A stretch of 64,000 bases of DNA, from contig JAHPZH010000005.1 in NCBI GenBank assembly GCA_019058315.1, forward strand, positions 160,001 to 224,000. Reading direction: 5' to 3'. Origin of the DNA: Candidatus Helarchaeota archaeon (GTDB lineage Archaea; Asgardarchaeota; Lokiarchaeia; Helarchaeales; RDOG01). The translations under genes and the position numbers were made by a program. Below the pieces are notes generated by a model that ran no database searches, was not told where the DNA came from, and saw nothing but the letters and a program-made list of their open reading frames with translations. How positions within the stretch are numbered: the first letter of the stretch is position 1; each line of letters begins with the position of its first letter. Below are positions 30,304-40,139 of this stretch, piece by piece.

Positions 30304-33300
30304 TTGATTAATGAATTATTTCACAAAGCGGAGGAAGAGATAGACGAATATAATTGGAATAACGCAATAAAGATACTCGAAAATGCAGTAAAAATTAGCA
30401 ACGATAAAGAATCTCAGGGAAATTCCTATTATAAATTAGGAGAAATTTATCAATTTATGGCAGATTTGCAGAAATCAAGAGAAAAAAATTTTGAAAATTT
30501 TAATAATGCAATTTTAAATTTTCAGAAGGCAAATAAAATATTTATAGAACTAAAAAATGAAGGAAAAAAAAGCGCAACTCAAGGTTTTATTAACCTTTTA
30601 AAATATATTTCTGAATCTGTAAAAGGGAAAGAAGAAATTTTACTTGAAAATGCAAAAAAACAGTTTTATCAAGCAAAATTAATATATTTAAAAAATGGCA
30701 ATTTACTAGATTCTTTAAAAATGGAAATTCTAGAAAGTAGAGCCTTAAGTTTACTTATTGGTGAAAAACTCATTCGTATTGATGAAAAAGTGGATTTCAA
30801 ACTATTTGCATTAGAGGCTGAAAAATTAGTTATGGATATATGGAAGAAAATAATTAATCAGCAAGATCTTTCCGAAATTTACCTCTATTTTTTCCTAGCG
30901 AATGTTTTGGAATTTTCTACTTGGAGTATAATTTATTTACCAACAAATGACATGGACATTATACAATTTATAATTAAAATCGTAAATCAATTAGGAGAAT
31001 TTATAAATAAATATGAAAATTCAAAAAAAATAACTGCTTATTTTTACGCTACTGCAATGTACGCATATCTTAATATGATTTTTGCTATACAGCATGTAAA
31101 TAATCAAGTTGAACAAAAATTATTTTTTAGAAAAGCTCAAAAATGGGTGAAAAAAGGGGAAAAAGTACTAACAAAGATACAAAACAATCCTGCTTTGGCA
31201 TGTTTCTACTTTACTAGATTTACAACTTCAATATTTTTAATAGCGACAGGGTTTTTTACTAGAGATTTTAAGAATGTCTTACAAGATTTAGATCTTAGCA
31301 TTGATTCGGCATCGTTCATATTTCCTAAAATAATGGTTGTTAATATTTTATTATATACTGCAGGCATTATTTTGGCTGGTGCACATAATCGCGCTACACC
31401 TAGAGGACAACGTATTGATTTTGCGCAAAAAGCCTTAAATCTTATTGATTTAGCAATGAATGAAATTTCAGTAGTTGAAAGAACAAGTTACAAAATTCTA
31501 ATGACGGATCGCGACGTTCTTTTATGTGCAGCTCATGCAGTAATGGGCGATATAATTAAAGATATTAAAACCAAATCTGAACATTTACAAATAGCAACTA
31601 GTAATTTTAAGAAAATAACAAATTATGATGATCGAAAAATAAATGACACTTATTTCTATTATCATATTTTTTTGTATTTTGCTTCTAGAACTGGACCTTT
31701 ATTAGCTAAAAATTCAATAAATGACTCGGATAAAATTGAATTTTATAAAGAAACGATAGAACTTTTATTAAAAAGTAAAAAAAAGATGGTTCCTCTTTTT
31801 CATCAAGAGAATTTATTTCTAATTGGAGATATTTATCTTAGAATTGGAAAATTATCAAATGATGAGAATATATTAAAACAATCTTATGCGGCATATTTAG
31901 ACGCGATTGAATATTGTAAAAATAAAGGTTATTTCAATTTAGAGGGATCTGCATATGTAAACCTTGCTCAGATTGATGATAGACTGGGAAATTTTGGCTC
32001 AGCCGCTGATAATTATAAAAATGCTATTGATTCATTTGAGAAAGCAATATTAACACTCACTTATTCGAATTTGGGTAAAAAAATTGAGAAGATGAAGAAT
32101 TATATTAAAGCTTGGAACCTTATTGAAATCGCTAAATCTCACCATGCAAATGAGGACCATAATAACGCACAATTGAATTACGAACAAGCAAGCCGGATTT
32201 TAAGTAATCTACGTGAATATAAATTTGAGTCTCCATTTTATTTTGCGTGGTCTTTATTAGAAAAGGCAGAATTTTTAAGTAAACAGAATAACCACCAAGA
32301 AGCTGCAGCTACATACTTGGTTTCTAAAAATAATTTTCAGGAGGCTATTGAAAACCTAAAACTAGCTTTAAGTAAAATAAGATCTTTTAGAGAAAAAGAG
32401 CGACTTCCAAAATTAATCCAAGTCGCGGAACTACGTGCAAATTATTGTTCTGCACGTTATCAGATCGAAACTGCCAGATTAGAAAGTAAAAAAGGAAATC
32501 ATTTACTTGCGGCAGAGCTTTATAATAAAGCAGGAGCAATTTTTGAAAATTTGTGTCAAGTATTTAGAATTAAACGCGAGAAACAAGAGTTAATAGCTAT
32601 ATATTATTTATGCAGAGCTTGGGAACATATGGAACAAGCAGATCTGGAACAGGAGTCCTCAAGTTATGCATTAGCTTCGGAATTATTCGAAAAAGCTTGC
32701 GATAATTTCCCAGAAAGTAGAATGAAAAAATTATCTTTAGGAAATTCACTTTTTTGTTCGGCTTTGCAGTTTGGAGGGTTATTTGACAAATCATCAGATT
32801 TAGAAGAAAAAATAAATTATTATAAAAAAATTAAGATGTTTCTAAGAGAAGCTTCAAAAAATTATCAAATAGGAGGATTCGAACAAGATGCCAAATGGGC
32901 ATTAGCAACTTCAACTTTTTTTGATGGAATTTGGCATCTAATTCTTTCGGATAATGAGATTGATTTTTCTAAAAAGAATCAATTTTTGAATATAGCTACA
33001 ACATATCTCAATAATGCTCTAAACATCTTTGATGATTCGGGATATGATCAAAAAAGTGATGAGGTTTCAAATTATTTGGATATGATTAAAGATGAAAAGG
33101 AAATTCTCACTTCAGCTTTAAATATTATTGAAAAACCTGCCATTTCGGAAAGCTCTATCGGTATTTCAGCCCCTTCTTGCCCTATAGAAATAAGCTCGTC
33201 AGTAAATATTGGTGAGATGCAAAGAACAGATCTACAAACTGAATCGGAGTTAGATTGGAATAAAAGAATTCATCATATCTATTTCTTTATGCCTAATGGA

Positions 33301-33642
33301 GTTTGTATTTATGATCGTTCTTTTAGAAAGGAAAAAGATATTGAACCACAATTAGTCTCGGGTGGACTAACAGGAATATCTGCACTTATACAAGAAGTGA
33401 CTAAAAGCCAAACAAAAGTAAAAATCGTTGAACAAGAAGAAATGACAATCCTACTCGAACATGGAAACTATACGAGCATTGCCTTAATTACAGAAGAAAA
33501 CTTGATAACCCTAAGAAATAAATTAAAACAGTTAATTAATGATGTAGAAGACTTCTACCAAGAAGAATTTGAAACATATTCAGGAAATTTAAGTCTTTTT
33601 TCGAAAATTAGTAAATTTGTTCAAAAAATATTTGAAAATTAA
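30304..33642 (+). CDS. Large TPR/SNAP-like helical protein with C-terminal longin-like domain
   Basis: Repeated A..Y..A...F helices; C-terminal IYFFMPNGVCIY...LVSGGLTGISALIQEV...LRNKLKQLINDVE. Confidence 0.82.
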   Translation: MINELFHKAEEEIDEYNWNNAIKILENAVKISNDKESQGNSYYKLGEIYQFMADLQKSREKNFENFNNAILNFQKANKIFIELKNEGKKSATQGFINLLKYISESVKGKEEILLENAKKQFYQAKLIYLKNGNLLDSLKMEILESRALSLLIGEKLIRIDEKVDFKLFALEAEKLVMDIWKKIINQQDLSEIYLYFFLANVLEFSTWSIIYLPTNDMDIIQFIIKIVNQLGEFINKYENSKKITAYFYATAMYAYLNMIFAIQHVNNQVEQKLFFRKAQKWVKKGEKVLTKIQNNPALACFYFTRFTTSIFLIATGFFTRDFKNVLQDLDLSIDSASFIFPKIMVVNILLYTAGIILAGAHNRATPRGQRIDFAQKALNLIDLAMNEISVVERTSYKILMTDRDVLLCAAHAVMGDIIKDIKTKSEHLQIATSNFKKITNYDDRKINDTYFYYHIFLYFASRTGPLLAKNSINDSDKIEFYKETIELLLKSKKKMVPLFHQENLFLIGDIYLRIGKLSNDENILKQSYAAYLDAIEYCKNKGYFNLEGSAYVNLAQIDDRLGNFGSAADNYKNAIDSFEKAILTLTYSNLGKKIEKMKNYIKAWNLIEIAKSHHANEDHNNAQLNYEQASRILSNLREYKFESPFYFAWSLLEKAEFLSKQNNHQEAAATYLVSKNNFQEAIENLKLALSKIRSFREKERLPKLIQVAELRANYCSARYQIETARLESKKGNHLLAAELYNKAGAIFENLCQVFRIKREKQELIAIYYLCRAWEHMEQADLEQESSSYALASELFEKACDNFPESRMKKLSLGNSLFCSALQFGGLFDKSSDLEEKINYYKKIKMFLREASKNYQIGGFEQDAKWALATSTFFDGIWHLILSDNEIDFSKKNQFLNIATTYLNNALNIFDDSGYDQKSDEVSNYLDMIKDEKEILTSALNIIEKPAISESSIGISAPSCPIEISSSVNIGEMQRTDLQTESELDWNKRIHHIYFFMPNGVCIYDRSFRKEKDIEPQLVSGGLTGISALIQEVTKSQTKVKIVEQEEMTILLEHGNYTSIALITEENLITLRNKLKQLINDVEDFYQEEFETYSGNLSLFSKISKFVQKIFEN

Positions 33643-33672
33643 ATAGAACACCGCTGAGAATAAAAAAAATTA

Positions 33673-34092
33673 ATGGTGATTAAAATAAATTTTGGTAAAA
33701 TTCATCATATTGCATACGTATATAAAGATGGTAAAGCTGCGCTTAAAGAATTTCAAAGCCAATTTGGTGTAGAAGAATTTGAATGGATTGATATGGTAGT
33801 AGGAAAAGTAGCAAGATTCATAATTGGAAATATACAAATAGATTTGATGGAGCCTAGAGAACTTGGGTCCGTTTTTAATAAATTTTTAGAAAATGGTAAT
33901 TTTGGTCTTCACCATATAGCATATTTGGTTGATAACATAGATGAGAAAATTAAAGAGTGGAAGTCAAAAGGTTTTAAGCGACTTCTTGGGGGTATTATTC
34001 CACCACAAACGAAATTTGAATACTTTGATACAACGAATATGCTTGGTCATGTTATTGAGTTTATACAACCTAATTATACAAAAAAGAAATAG
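33673..34092 (+). CDS. VOC family protein (methylmalonyl-CoA epimerase/glyoxalase-like)
   Basis: IHHIAY, GLHHIAYLVDNI, IEFIQ. Confidence 0.85.
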   Translation: MVIKINFGKIHHIAYVYKDGKAALKEFQSQFGVEEFEWIDMVVGKVARFIIGNIQIDLMEPRELGSVFNKFLENGNFGLHHIAYLVDNIDEKIKEWKSKGFKRLLGGIIPPQTKFEYFDTTNMLGHVIEFIQPNYTKKK

Positions 34093-34157
34093 CTGTAATA
34101 TTAACTTACAATCACAAGTTCTGTATCAAAAACTAAAAATAAAAAAATAGGTTTTAT

Positions 34158-35351
34158 TTATAATCGAACATCTTTGAATATTTCTATTTCTCGGCCCCAA
34201 CCTATTGAGACGATTTCATCTTTTGGTTGAAGACTCCATGGCTTCGTCTTATGAGTTATATCAAAAAGTATTCCTTTAGTCATCTCTTCGACAGTCATGT
34301 CTAAATCATCAGGAGTTATCCAATTTCCTTTTGGATATTGCCAGTCAAATTCTTCCTTTATATAAGTAGCCTTCTTTTTTATATTTGGTGCTTTTGCACC
34401 CAGTGATTGCACTGGCCATGGAAATCCTGTTTTCCAAGTGTCCACAAATGCTTTTTCCCAGAAATCTGTCCCTTCAAGGACTTCTTTACCGATATCTTGC
34501 ATTTCTTGTTCAACATGATTCAAGCATAAACGATTACTTGAGAGAAGTCCGGCCATTCTTAAGATGAAATCTTCGCGTTTCATATAAAGAAGCATTTGAA
34601 CCATCGAGGGCCATGGAATATATGCAAACCAATGATCTGGTAAGCCATAAGCTCGTTTTGTTGCAACACCATCCCAAATCATACCAACTAATTCAAACAT
34701 GGAAGGTTCAACAAGAAAACCAGCAATTCCGCTAACCCAAACTGTGCAAACGGAGTAAGGAGCGGTTGCCCACTGCGGAGTTCTTTCGTTTCTTACGTCT
34801 CGAAGAATATCTATAACTTCAAGACCACATTTAGTCATATCTTTTGAATGTTTAAAAGCATCCTTGAGTTTGAAGCCATATTTCAAATGTCTCCGCTCTA
34901 GAAGGTCATCTTCTGGTCCGACCACCCACCAGTCTACAGGTACACCATTTTCGATGTGACCATTTAACAGAAAAATCAATTCTTGGTCAAGATCTCCTAA
35001 AGCGTAAAAAGTCATATCAAGAGAGTCACCATAAAGCAGTTTCATAGTTCCTTGTGTTAAATCTGAACGCAGTGGGAGAACAGGAGGAAAAATCATCCAA
35101 GCTAACCGTTTGTCGGGATTCTGAATTGTACCATCTAATACATCTTTTGCAGTAAGTATACTTTCATCTAGCCTAGCTTTAAAAATATCATAAAGCATTT
35201 CAGTTGAGAGGTTAGGGAGAGCTTCCTCTACCATTTCCTCGTAACCCAGCTCTTTATACAATCTCCATATATGTCTCGATAGAGGGAAATAGGGTTTTGT
35301 AATTAATGTGTCTGGTAGATCTCCATATGTCATTTTTTTTCCTTCAGACAT
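34158..35351 (-). CDS. Uncharacterised expanded family, paralog B (subfamily I)
   Basis: RSDL, QGTMKLLYG, GH.E.G.PVDWW, RRH, DVRNERTPQWA, YIPWP; GAGGT upstream. Confidence 0.85.
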   Translation of the reverse strand: MSEGKKMTYGDLPDTLITKPYFPLSRHIWRLYKELGYEEMVEEALPNLSTEMLYDIFKARLDESILTAKDVLDGTIQNPDKRLAWMIFPPVLPLRSDLTQGTMKLLYGDSLDMTFYALGDLDQELIFLLNGHIENGVPVDWWVVGPEDDLLERRHLKYGFKLKDAFKHSKDMTKCGLEVIDILRDVRNERTPQWATAPYSVCTVWVSGIAGFLVEPSMFELVGMIWDGVATKRAYGLPDHWFAYIPWPSMVQMLLYMKREDFILRMAGLLSSNRLCLNHVEQEMQDIGKEVLEGTDFWEKAFVDTWKTGFPWPVQSLGAKAPNIKKKATYIKEEFDWQYPKGNWITPDDLDMTVEEMTKGILFDITHKTKPWSLQPKDEIVSIGWGREIEIFKDVRL

Positions 35352-35379
35352 TTAAATTACCTCTTTGATAGAGACTTTT

Positions 35380-35730
35380 TTAGAAGGGAGCTACCTTGAA
35401 TTGACCTTTCTTCAATTTATGCCAACCGCCTGTTAATGCCCAGTACAACTTAATAATCATAAAAAATCCTATTACTCCACATTCTATGACTGTTAATATG
35501 GTAACTGCTGTGATATCTAGTTGATAAATCAAGCGGAAAAACAGATTGAATAAGAACGCATAACATATAAATGCCATACCTGAGAGAAGAATTGCGATAA
35601 TGTCTTCAGATAACATAGCACACCAAGAGGCAATCATCGTAAGTAGTGCTATTGCTATTAATATAAATAGTGGGTCTATAAAATCTATTGTAATTGGAGG
35701 TTGTATAAATGCAAAACCAATATTAACCAT
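35380..35730 (-). CDS. Small membrane protein (3-4 TM)
   Basis: AGGTGAT SD upstream; hydrophobic; between 35739-36332 and paralog B. Confidence 0.75.
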   Translation of the reverse strand: MVNIGFAFIQPPITIDFIDPLFILIAIALLTMIASWCAMLSEDIIAILLSGMAFICYAFLFNLFFRLIYQLDITAVTILTVIECGVIGFFMIIKLYWALTGGWHKLKKGQFKVAPF

Positions 35731-35738
35731 AACATCAC

Positions 35739-36332
35739 CTACAGTAAAATAGTTCCAAAATTTATTACAGTCCAGATTTCCGAAAAAGGAACAAGTTTTG
35801 TCTTTCCTTTAATCATCGAAATCATGACGTTGACTAAAGCTTTCAAACGCACCGTTATGGGACCCACAATAAGTGTTCCGAACTTGCCTACTTCCCATTG
35901 GCTTGAAACGTACAAGTTAACATTAGCCATGGGATGGACCCAATCTTTCCAATAAAGATAATTCGTTCTACCACATTTCGGACATTTCTCGATCGTTTCT
36001 TCCACTCTATCTAATAGAATTGACTTTGTATCTTCTTTTGGAATATCAAATTGTACTTTTTCTCGTGGAAGGTCTTTCCAAAAACCTTTCCAACCACATT
36101 TTTTACATTTTAACATTGGCGTAGGATATGACTCATATCGTACCCATCGTTTTGGTTTGCCATCAATTTCTAGTTCTTCGAAGAAAAATACTACCGCTTC
36201 GTTAAAATTCATAAGAGTCAGTTGGATTACTTTGCCAAACATTCTATTCATAATTTTCCTTTGTTCACGCTCTTCTTTAGCTTCTAAACCTTTTATAAAC
36301 ATTTCAGCAATAACTTCTAGTGCACTTTTCAT
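35739..36332 (-). CDS. SCP2-like protein with an inserted zinc ribbon
   Basis: GKVIQLTL..VVFFF ... ANVNL ... MIKGKTKL resemble SCP2 strands; insert carries CKKC and CPKC. Confidence 0.55.
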   Translation of the reverse strand: MKSALEVIAEMFIKGLEAKEEREQRKIMNRMFGKVIQLTLMNFNEAVVFFFEELEIDGKPKRWVRYESYPTPMLKCKKCGWKGFWKDLPREKVQFDIPKEDTKSILLDRVEETIEKCPKCGRTNYLYWKDWVHPMANVNLYVSSQWEVGKFGTLIVGPITVRLKALVNVMISMIKGKTKLVPFSEIWTVINFGTILL

Positions 36333-36460
36333 GAATTATCCCTTTTTCTTTCTTTTTTAAGAATAATTTAAAATGAAGATTAATTCAAAAGGTATTTTGA
36401 ATTTTAAAAATATTTTTCTATCCAAAATTGTCGTATATTAGAGGATAATTTATATAATTA

Positions 36461-36492
36461 ATATCATTTTTAAGTTCTAAAAAAAATGATAT
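36461..36492. promoter_or_regulatory. 11-bp inverted repeat (ATATCATTTTT-N10-AAAAATGATAT), candidate operator
   Basis: Perfect arms at 36461-36471 and 36482-36492, between divergent operons. Confidence 0.4.
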
Positions 36493-36498
36493 AAAAAT

Positions 36499-36897
36499 TT
36501 GTGTGAAAATAATATTAAGGGAAAAAAAATGAGCTCGAAATATGAAGGATTTCCAGCAATTGCTTACGCGGGATTATGGTTTCTTAAAACATTTGGAAAA
36601 TTAAGAAGACAATTTCCAGATTTGAAAATAGACATAGTTTTTTTTGTTACTGATGTACCTCCAGCTACTTTGATTAAAATTGATAAAGGCGATTTTGAAG
36701 TTGAAATATTAGAAGATCTCAAAGATGTTAAAGACTTAGATAATATTGAATGTGATGCTTATCTAGCTTTATCAACAGATGATTTAGCGGGAGGTATCGA
36801 TAGTATTATGGACGGTGTAGCTCAAAAACGAATTAAAATGAAAAATCCTAATGCATTAGGAATATTAGGAAAAATTTTATCAACAGTGGTGGCGTAA
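36499..36897 (+). CDS. SCP2 sterol/lipid-binding-like protein (start probably ATG at 36529)
   Basis: IVFFVTD, LIKIDKGDFEV, CDAYL, KRIKMK pattern. Confidence 0.6.
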   Translation: MCENNIKGKKMSSKYEGFPAIAYAGLWFLKTFGKLRRQFPDLKIDIVFFVTDVPPATLIKIDKGDFEVEILEDLKDVKDLDNIECDAYLALSTDDLAGGIDSIMDGVAQKRIKMKNPNALGILGKILSTVVA

Positions 36898-38058
36898 ATG
36901 GCAAAAGAAGAAAAATCAACTGCTCTTGAAAGAATATTAACAGTTTTAGAAGGAAAAATCCCAGATAGAGTTCCAAGTTTTTGCTTAGGTGGTGATTTTG
37001 AATTTGTTGATAAATTTATGAAATCACCTTATGCTCTTACTGATGAAGATATGGATCAATTAGATAAAGATAGAGTGTCATATGCTGTTCCATATATACA
37101 TGCTATAATAGCTAAATTTGCTCCACCTGATATATTACCAGGTGGAATAGATGCGAAAATTGATTTATGCTGGCAAACAGTTGGAGGTTTGGGTATGATG
37201 AAAATGGATCATACTGATGAGCTCCTTCTTGTTACAGGTGCGTTATTCAAGGTAGCTGTTCGAGATAATGGAATTCCACACTTTTGGTATAAAGGTCCTG
37301 GACTTTTGAAAAAAGAGCATATTGAAGCCTATTGGAATAAAGAAAAGGAAATGAGACCAGATAGATCAAGTTTTAGAAGTATTGCAAGAATTAGAAAAAC
37401 AATGTTAAATAAATATGATATTGTCGTATCCCAAGGAATAGCAGGACCATTTGAGAATTGTATTTTTGGTATTGGACATGCAAATTTTGCTCGTTTTGCT
37501 AGAAAACATCCAGACTTTCTTCAACAACATATAGATTTTCAATGGGAGACGTTTGAAGAACCTACATTGAAGCTATTAATGAAAACCAAGCCAGAAATTG
37601 TCATGTGTGGAGATGACTATGGATACAATTCGGGTTTACAGCTTCCTGGCAAACAATGGCGTGAATTTATTAAACCTATTTTAGCAAAATATGTAAAAAT
37701 TGCACATGATGGAGGAGCTAAATTTCTTTTACATAGCTGCGGAGATATTCATGAAATTTTTCCTGATTTTGTTGAAATTGGGATTGATGGAGTGGAATCA
37801 TTAAAGCCAAAAAATAATGATTTAAAGATGTATAGAGAAGAATATCCTGAAATAACTCTCCTTGGAACAATTGACGATTCTGAATTGTTAAAATATGAAT
37901 CTCCTGAAGTCATTAGAAATTCTGTCAAAACAAGCATTAAAACTTTAGGAAGAAAGGGAGGATATATTCCGGGACCTACAAATTTTCTTTTAGATCAACC
38001 ACCAGAAAATATCGTAGAACAGTTTAAAGCAATACAAAAATTTGGAAAATATCCTTAA
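36898..38058 (+). CDS. UroD/MtaA-family (cobamide methyltransferase-like) TIM-barrel protein
   Basis: PDRVP, GPFE, GDDYG, LHSCG, GIDG, LLGTID, GGYI; starts directly after the previous stop. Confidence 0.88.
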   Translation: MAKEEKSTALERILTVLEGKIPDRVPSFCLGGDFEFVDKFMKSPYALTDEDMDQLDKDRVSYAVPYIHAIIAKFAPPDILPGGIDAKIDLCWQTVGGLGMMKMDHTDELLLVTGALFKVAVRDNGIPHFWYKGPGLLKKEHIEAYWNKEKEMRPDRSSFRSIARIRKTMLNKYDIVVSQGIAGPFENCIFGIGHANFARFARKHPDFLQQHIDFQWETFEEPTLKLLMKTKPEIVMCGDDYGYNSGLQLPGKQWREFIKPILAKYVKIAHDGGAKFLLHSCGDIHEIFPDFVEIGIDGVESLKPKNNDLKMYREEYPEITLLGTIDDSELLKYESPEVIRNSVKTSIKTLGRKGGYIPGPTNFLLDQPPENIVEQFKAIQKFGKYP

Positions 38059-38694
38059 GTGGACTTTATGACATTAAAAAATATTATAGATATACTAATT
38101 AATCTGAAAATTGAAGAAATCGAAAATGCTGTTATGTCTGAGTTAGATAATGATACAAATGTCCAAGATATTATGAATGCCCTTACTCAAGGAATGTATT
38201 CAGTAGGAGAATTATACGAGAAGCGGGAGTTTTACCTTTCAGAATTAGTCGTGGCAGCAGAAATGATTAAGATGGCAATGAAAATTCTGGAACCACATTT
38301 AAATTCAGTTGTAAAAGGTCATGGGAAAAAAATCGTTGTCACAACCGTTAGAGGTGATACTCATGATATCGGTAAAAATATTCTAATAAATATGTTAAAA
38401 TCTAGCGGTTTTGATGTTATCGACTTGGGGGTAGATTGTCCTGCGGAGAAAATTGTTAATGCGATAAAAAAATCAGGGGCGATGGTTCTCGCATTAAGCT
38501 CACTTCTTACTATGTCAATGGAAGAAATTTCAGTCGTTGATAAAGCTCTAAAAGATGAAGGTCTTCGGGATCAAGTTAAAATTATTGTAGGAGGAGCACC
38601 CTTAAATTTAAAATTCGCAAAAAAATTAGGCGCAGATGCTTATGCTGAAGATGCTGTTAGCGGTGTAAGAAAAATTATGGAATTATTCGATTAA
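38059..38694 (+). CDS. Corrinoid (B12-binding) methyltransferase protein
   Basis: GMYSVGELYE.REFYL cap domain; GDTHDIGKNI (DxHxxG); LSSL; VGGAP; GADAY. Confidence 0.94.
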   Translation: MDFMTLKNIIDILINLKIEEIENAVMSELDNDTNVQDIMNALTQGMYSVGELYEKREFYLSELVVAAEMIKMAMKILEPHLNSVVKGHGKKIVVTTVRGDTHDIGKNILINMLKSSGFDVIDLGVDCPAEKIVNAIKKSGAMVLALSSLLTMSMEEISVVDKALKDEGLRDQVKIIVGGAPLNLKFAKKLGADAYAEDAVSGVRKIMELFD

Positions 38695-38772
38695 TCATTT
38701 AAATGACGATGATTTTAATAAATTAAATATACCTTTTTTTTAATTTAAATAAATAAAAATATAAAATCAATT

Positions 38773-39681
38773 TTATTGTAAATGGTCTAGGGTTATTTTT
38801 GTAAGATAAGAAAGTAGTTCTGCAAATTTTTGATTTTCAGTCTCTTTCATCTCATAATAAGTTACATCCAACTCATTAGCTAATGTTTCTATTTCCTTCG
38901 ATTTATTTTCTTTGGATCCTATACCGACAAAGGCGAGTGACATATCCAAAACTCTTCCATTTTTTCGTCCCTTCTCTCTCCACTTAAGATTGGTTGCTTT
39001 CTTTAACTCTGTATATAAATTCTTTACTGATTCTGGGGACTTGGGATCATTATTATCAAATGTAAAAATAACGACTGAACTGTCTTGGTACATTGTCTTT
39101 CTTGTTCCCTTAAACTCATTTTGACCTGAAATATTCCAAAGCACAAGTTTGATGTTTTTATTTTCAAGAAATACATGTCTAACACTAAAATTAACTCCTA
39201 TATGTGAAAAAGATAAAGATTCTTTTTTTTCGGATATTTTTTCAATAAGATCGTGTTTTTGCCCCTCATTTGAACCTAAAATAATTAACTTTATTACTTC
39301 TTCATCTAATTTACCCCATTCTTCGAACTGAGTTATAAAATTTTTATATTTTTGAATCTTTTTGCGAAGTTCATACAATTGACTACGTCCCGTGCTATCA
39401 AGTTTAATATCTAAAACTCTTCTTAAAATTGCTTCAGCTTGTCCATGACTAATTGCTTTATCATACTTCATTTTTAATTTATTAGCGATTTGAGAAATCA
39501 GTTTATCAATATTACAACTTTGATTAAGAATCTTTACTAATTGTTCCATATCTTTTATCGGTTTTTCGATCTTAAATTCTTCCAAAATTAGGTTTGATAA
39601 TTCTGCTTTATCAAAATTATGTTTTTGAAGAAACCCAACTAGTATGCCAAGTTGAGCATCCGTTAATTCCTTATTTTCCAT
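38773..39681 (-). CDS. Rab-like small GTPase domain (degenerate) with N-terminal helical domain
   Basis: KLIILG, HIGVNF, IKLVLWNISGQ, VVIFTFD; G1, G3 and G4 motifs are non-canonical. Confidence 0.8.
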   Translation of the reverse strand: MENKELTDAQLGILVGFLQKHNFDKAELSNLILEEFKIEKPIKDMEQLVKILNQSCNIDKLISQIANKLKMKYDKAISHGQAEAILRRVLDIKLDSTGRSQLYELRKKIQKYKNFITQFEEWGKLDEEVIKLIILGSNEGQKHDLIEKISEKKESLSFSHIGVNFSVRHVFLENKNIKLVLWNISGQNEFKGTRKTMYQDSSVVIFTFDNNDPKSPESVKNLYTELKKATNLKWREKGRKNGRVLDMSLAFVGIGSKENKSKEIETLANELDVTYYEMKETENQKFAELLSYLTKITLDHLQ

Positions 39682-39701
39682 TTTCTAAACATCTTTAAAT
39701 C

Positions 39702-39751
39702 TGTTTCGTCCAAGTTTTGGTTGGACGTCCTTATTTAGATTGGACGTCCAA
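39702..39751. repeat. Three copies of palindrome TTGGACGTCCAA at a 19-bp period (candidate operator array)
   Basis: 39702 tgtttCGTCCAA; 39721 TTGGACGTCCtt; 39740 TTGGACGTCCAA (perfect). GC-rich in an AT-rich spacer, 20-70 nt upstream of the 39681 start. Confidence 0.7.
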
Positions 39752-40139
39752 ATTATTATAAATTAGTATTGTATAAAAATTTTTTGGTTATAAAAAACGA
39801 TTATACAAATGGAAAATTTCAGTCTTTAATAAAGCTCTAAGAAATAAAGTGCTTAAGGATCAATTTAAAATAATTTTTGGAGAAATATATTTAAATTTAA
39901 AACCATCAGAATAATAAGGTGTAGATATTTATTCCAAAGATGCCGTATAATTATTTATTTGAGCTTAAATTCCTAAATCCTTTCGATAATAGGTTTTTCA
40001 TTGGTTAAATAGTCATAATTGTTAGTCAATGAATTTAAAATCTCAGTTTTGCTGTAATTATCTAAAGATTTATATATTGAATAATAATAGATTTCTATAA
40101 AAGATTGTAGATATCTACAAATATAATTAATTTGTTTAG

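Noticed and set aside
36898-38694. Calling hemE or a methanogenesis (mtaA/mtaC) locus
   Set aside because: The fold family is clear but the substrate is not. The third MtaA Zn ligand appears absent, and no mcr or substrate-specific mtaB/mttB genes are in the window.
39702-39751. Palindromic repeats as a mini-CRISPR or coding remnant
   Set aside because: Units are 12 bp with 7-bp gaps, far too short for CRISPR; no cas genes are present and the frames are closed by stops.
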